From contig NC_043026.1 in assembly GCF_006345805.1 (NCBI RefSeq), positions 14,735,579-14,799,578 on the forward strand: 64,000 bases of DNA, in the 5' to 3' direction. The stretch comes from Octopus sinensis (taxonomy: Eukaryota). This document shows positions 58,303 to 64,000 of the stretch, piece after piece. Numbering within the stretch: the stretch's first letter is position 1; every line of letters starts with the position of its first letter. The notes below the pieces were generated by a model. That model was not told where the DNA came from and did not search any database. It was given only the letters and a program-made list of their open reading frames with translations. A program made the position numbers and the translations under genes.

Positions 58303-61300
58303 ATACAAATGAAAAAAAACAATTTAGATGGTTCATTCAGCTTTCAGATATCAGAATGTTGACTTATTTATTTATTTAACAAAAATGAGGACCTTAATAG
58401 CATACATATATACATTATAATTCAATACATATAAGAAAGAATACAAATACAAAAATCATAATATAAATTATTGAAATCATTAAAATCACTCCTTACAGCT
58501 GTTTCAGCTGTGGATAAAAGTAGTTTTTTTTCCAGTGCCTATAGTTGTCAATTGTATGAGGGTTGTAGGTATTTAAAAATAGGTTAATTATATATAACCA
58601 TAGGCCTCGTCAGAGATTATAAAGAACTCCCAAAAATATAATACATGCAACAGGATACACATATAATTTAATATATATAAAAAAATGCATATATATTTAT
58701 TATGAAACTATATATAGAAGTCTGCTTGACGACTGGTGCTCATGTCTGTGTGTCCTTAACATAGTGGTTTGGCAGCATAAACTGATAGAATAAGTATCAG
58801 GCTTAGAAAAGAAGTTCTGAGGGAGATTCACCAAACTAACGTTCTTCAAGGGGGTGCACCAGCATGGCCACAGTCGAACCATTGAAACAAGTGACTATAT
58901 ACTCTTTACTCTTTTACTTGTTTCAGTCATTTGACTGTGGCCATGCTGGAGCACCGCCTTTAGTCGAGCGAATCGACCCCGGGACCTATTCTTTGTAAGC
59001 CTAGTACTTATTCTGTCGGTCTCTTTTGCCGAACCACTAAGTTACGGGGACGTAAACACATCAGCCTCGGTTGTCAAGCGATGTTGGCGGGACAAACACA
59101 GGCACACAAACATATACACACACATGCATATATATATATATACATATATACGACAGGCTTCTTTCAGTTTCCCTCTACCAAATCCATTCACAAGGCTTTG
59201 GTTGGCCCGAGGCTATAGTAGAAGACACTTGCCCAAGGTGCCACGCAATGGGACTGAACCCGGAACCATGTGGTTTGTAAGCAAGCTACTTACCACACAG
59301 CCACCCCTACGCCTACATATACATAAACATAATATATACACACATATATGTATGAAGGAAAAATAGGGGCTAAATATATTCAGGTGAATCCGTTTTTTTG
59401 AAGAGGTATTAGCCCAGATTTAAAAGCACTTAAAAGCAGTTCATGGAAATGGAACCTGCTTCACTAAATGTCCAGGTATCAATACAACAATCCATATACC
59501 TTGTTATTAATTTCTGAGGCAGGTACAATTTGCAAATACAAAGTCGAGCACCAATTAATTTGGTGGATTAATTAGAAAAAGTGTGGCTGGAAAAGAAGTA
59601 CAGAATGACAATGCATTTTAGTGATTTCTTTAGCAGTGTGTATGCATTCACTATGATACATAGATGGCTGTTTTAATTAAATACTGCCGCAGCTCTGCAT
59701 ATAACATATTTAACATGGCCAATGCCAGTGCCGCCTAGGCTGGCTTCCGTGCCGGTGGCACGTAAAAAGCACCATCCGAATCGTGGCCGATGCCAGTGCC
59801 GCTTTGACTGGCTTCCGTGCCGGTGGCATGTAAAAAGCACCATCTGAATCGTGGCCGATGCCAGCGCCGCCTTGACTGGCTTCTGTGCCGGTGGCACATA
59901 AAATGCACCAATCCGATCGTGGCCGTTGCCAGCTTCGCCTGGCACGTAAAAACCAGCCACTACACTCACGGAGTGGTTGGCGTTAGGAAGGGCATCCAGC
60001 TGTAGAAACACTGCCAGATCAGACTGGAGCCTGGTGCAGCCTTCTGGCTTCCCAGACCCCAGTCGAACCATCCAACCCATGCTAGCATGGAGAACGGACG
60101 TTAAACGATGATGATGATGGGGTGGGGTGCCATTTACAACGTTTCCTATATCAGGGGTGATAAATTCTCTGGATCAACGTGAAATAAAGTGTCATCCTTA
60201 AGGACACAAAGCCCCACAGGGAATCGAGCTCAAAACCTAATGATCATGAAGCGAAGATCCTAACCACTCAGCCATGATTCTTTACTCAAAGCCCTGACAT
60301 AAAGGTTTACAAAAGCCAAAGTATAAATACTAGGGAACTTTTCCGTTTGAACGGCAGATTTCAACACAATTTCTAGGTAACTAAACACTTTTAAACTTCG
60401 TATACTGGTAGAATGTGTTTATAAAACATCATTTTTCTCTTGGTTTTATTGAGAAAATTCTATAGTTAGAAAGAAAATCCGAGCATTTCAGCAATTTTAA
60501 CCAATCGATTACCTCCATTCAACTAAAATCATTTGCTGCGTCTAAAACTGAGAAACATCCTGTAACTAACCCTAACCCTAATTTTTTTTTTCTTAATTGT
60601 TAAATTAATTTAATTGTTACGCGTGTAAAAAAAAATGAAAGCAATGGAAAATGATTTAACCCTTTTCTTACTATATTTCTGACAAAATACACCCCTCATG
60701 AGTTTCAATTAAATTCTAAAATAATCATGAATCTAGGCTTGTAACTTTTTTACTTATCAACATTTTAATGTGATATTTGGAACATAATTAAAGAAAGGGT
60801 TCTTAATCAAAAAAATGCCGAAAAAAATGTGGAAAAAAAATCTCCCAAAATCAGGGAATTAAAATTACATTCGATCGTTGTACAAAACTGTAGATAACTG
60901 TTTACGAAGCATAATCACGTGTTTTCACGAATGTACTAAAGAGATTTGCTCTGATATTCTCATTTAAATATGAATAGGTAAATTCGGGCAGTTTGGTCAC
61001 ATTAACCAAAATTTTTTCGGGCGGCTTGGGCGCGTTTGGTAACGAAAAGCGTTAAACAATTAACAAACAAAAAGATTTTTATAATTTATACACACGCTTC
61101 TGNNNNNNNNNNNNNNNNNNNNNNNNNNNNNNNNNNNNNNNNNNNNNNNNNNNNNNNNNNNNNNNNNNNNNNNNNNNNNNNNNNNNNNNNNNNNNNNNNN
61201 NNACCAGTTGCACACTAGGGTGGGTCAAAGTAACCAACCACCCCACCTCCCCAGATAACCAGATAACCGAAAGAGATGGTGTTGGATTTCCACTTCGGCA

Positions 61301-61361
61301 TCCGAAACACGGAGTTTTATCTTGGCTATTGAATATTTGTCACATATTATTTTACAGATAT

Positions 61362-61398
<37 letters not shown>

Positions 61399-64000
61399 AT
61401 ACAAATGAAAAAAAACAATTTAGATGGTTCATTCAGCTTTCAGATATCAGAATGTTGACTTATTTATTTATTTAACAAAAATGAGGACCTTAATAGCATA
61501 CATATATACATTATAATTCAATACATATAAGATAAGAATACAAATTACAAAAATCATAATATAAATTATTGAAATCATTAAAATCACTCCTTACAGCTGT
61601 TTCAGCCTGTGGATAAAAGTAGTTTTTTTTTCCAGTGCCTATAGTTGTCAATTGTATTGAGGTTGTAGGTATTTAAAAATAGGTTACTTATATATAACCA
61701 TAGGCCTCGTCAGAGATTATAAAGAACTCCAAAAATATTAATACATGCAACAGGATACACATATAATTTAATATATATAAAAAATGCATATATATTTATT
61801 ATGAAACTATATGATAAGAAGTCTGCTTGACGACTGGTGCTCATGTCTGTGTGTCCTTAACATAGTGGTTTGGCAGCATAAACTGATAGAATAAGTATCA
61901 GGCTTAGAAAAGAAGTTCTGAGGGAGATTCACCAAACTAACGTTCTTCAAGGGGGTGCACCAGCATGGCCACAGTCGAACCATTGAAACAAGTGACTATA
62001 TACTCTTTACTCTTTTACTTGTTTACAGATTTGACTTGTGGCCATGCTGGAGCACCGCCTTTAGTCGAGCGAATCGACCCCGGGACCTATTCTTTGTAAG
62101 CCTAGTACTTATTCTGTCGGTCCTCTTTTGCCGAACCACTAAGTTACGGGGACGAAACACATCAGCCTCGGTTGTCAAGCGATGTTGGCGGGACAAACAG
62201 GCACACAAACATATACACACACATGCATATATATATATATACATTATACGAAAGGCTTCTTTCAGTTTCCCTCTACCAAATCCATCACAAAGGCTTTGGT
62301 TGGCCCGAGGCTATAGTAGAAGACACTTGCCAAGGTGCACGCAATGGGACTGAACCCGGAACCATGTGGTTTGTAAGCAAGCTACTTACCACACGCCACC
62401 CCTACGCCTACATATACATAAACATAATATATACACACATATATGTATGAAGGAAAAATAGGGGCTAAATATATTCAGGTGAATCCGTTTTTTTGAAGAG
62501 GTATTAGCCCAGATTTAAAAGCACTTAAAAGCAGTTCATGGAAATGGAACCTGCTTCACTAAATTGTCCAGGTATCAATACAACAATCCATATACCTTGT
62601 TATTAATTTCTTGAGGCAGGTACAATTTGCAAATACAAAGTCGAGCACCAATTAAATTTGGTGGATTAATTAGAAAGTGTGGCTGGAAAAGAAGTACAGA
62701 ATGACAATGCATTTTTAGTGATTTCTTTAGCAGTGTGTATGCATTCACTATGATACATAGATGGCTGTTTTAATTAAATACTGCCGCAGCTGCATATAAC
62801 ATATTTAACATGGCCAATGCCAGTGCCGCCTAGGCTGGCTTCCGTGCCGGTGGCACGTAAAAAGCACCATCCGAATCGTGGCCGATGCCAGTGCCGCTTT
62901 GACTGGCTTCCGTGCCGGTGGCATGTAAAAAGCACCATCTGAATCGTGGCCGATGCCAGCGCCGCCTTGACTGGCTTCTGTGCCGGTGGCACATAAAATG
63001 CACCAATCCGATCGTGGCCGTTGCCAGCTTCGCCTGGCACGTAAAAACCAGCCACTACACTCACGGAGTGGTTGGCGTTAGGAAGGGCATCCAGCTGTAG
63101 AAACACTGCCAGATCAGACTGGAGCCTGGTGCAGCCTTCTGGCTTCCCAGACCCCAGTCGAACCATCCAACCCATGCTAGCATGGAGAACGGACGTTAAA
63201 CGATGATGATGATGGGGTGGGGTGCCATTTACAACGTTTCCTATATCAGGGGTGATAAATTCTCTGGATCAACGTGAAATAAAGTGTCATCCTTAAGGAC
63301 ACAAAGCCCCACAGGGAATCGAGCTCAAAACCTAATGATCATGAAGCGAAGATCCTAACCACTCAGCCATGATTCTTTACTCAAAGCCCTGACATAAAGG
63401 TTTACAAAAGCCAAAGTATAAATACTAGGGAACTTTTCCGTTTGAACGGCAGATTTCAACACAATTTCTAGTAACTAAACACTTTTAAACTTATATACTG
63501 GAGAATGTGTTTAGAAAAACATCATTTTTCTCTTGGTTTTATTGAGAAAATTCTATAGTTTGTAAGATATTTCGTCTGAAAATCCGAGCATTTCAGCAAT
63601 TTTAACCAATCGATTACCTCCATTCAACTAAAATCATTTGCTGCGTCTAAAACTGAGAAACATCCTGTAACTAACCCTAACCATAATTTTTTTTTTTTCT
63701 TAATTGTTAATTAATTAATTGTTACGCGGTGTAAAAAAAAATGAAAGCAATGGAAAATGATTTAACCCTTTTGTTACTATATTTCTGACAAAATACACCC
63801 CTCATGAGTTTCAATTAAATTCTAAAATAATCATGAATCTAGGCTTGTTTCATTAAATAACTGTAACTTTTTTACTTATCAACATTTTAATGTGATATTT
63901 GGAACATAATTAAAGAAAGGGTTCTTAATCAAAAAAATGCCGAAAAAAATGTGGAAAAAAATCTCCCAAAATTCAGGGAATTAAAATTACATGTCGATCG
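58107..64000. repeat. ~2.8-kb direct duplication across the gap (58107-60877 versus 61203-64000)
   Basis: Colinear near-identity with small indels; copy 2 starts exactly at the gap edge. Confidence 0.9.
61103..61202. other. Assembly gap (100 N)
   Basis: Run of exactly 100 n. Confidence 0.99.

Noticed and set aside
58079-58336. Candidate syntaxin start exon
   Set aside because: No ATG-containing segment with a phase-1 donor and syntaxin-like N-terminus could be supported
60566-60582. CCCTAA telomere-like repeats
   Set aside because: Only about two units; too short to call an interstitial telomere

Overview
AT-rich, repeat-dense animal genomic DNA; the SINE, LINE and microsatellite landscape looks like an octopus/cephalopod genome (inference, not verified). 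Two multi-exon genes lie on the minus strand. (1) A syntaxin-7/12-like Qa-SNARE has nine in-phase coding exons (56814 to 38495) encoding Habc, SNARE and C-terminal TM domains; its start exon was not found. (2) A DNAJC14-like J-protein has a 3.3-kb low-complexity first coding exon (ATG 14117, GCCACCATGG) and four further exons ending at the HPDK motif (849); it continues off the left edge. Introns and intergenic DNA hold tRNA-derived SINEs, RTE and CR1 LINE 3' ends, mariner relics, TTAA-flanked piggyBac-type MITEs, three Helitron-like elements, hAT ends, many fold-back palindromes and large micro/minisatellites. The most notable finding is a family of small fold-back elements carrying type I hammerhead ribozyme motifs. 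One copy with every catalytic-core residue intact and a perfect 41-bp stem I (51805-51964) is in sense orientation in a syntaxin intron; further degenerate copies and other hammerhead-like relics occur elsewhere. A 100-N gap (61103-61202) is flanked by a ~2.8-kb duplication that is probably an assembly artefact. Most short ORFs in the supplied track are repeat-derived noise.
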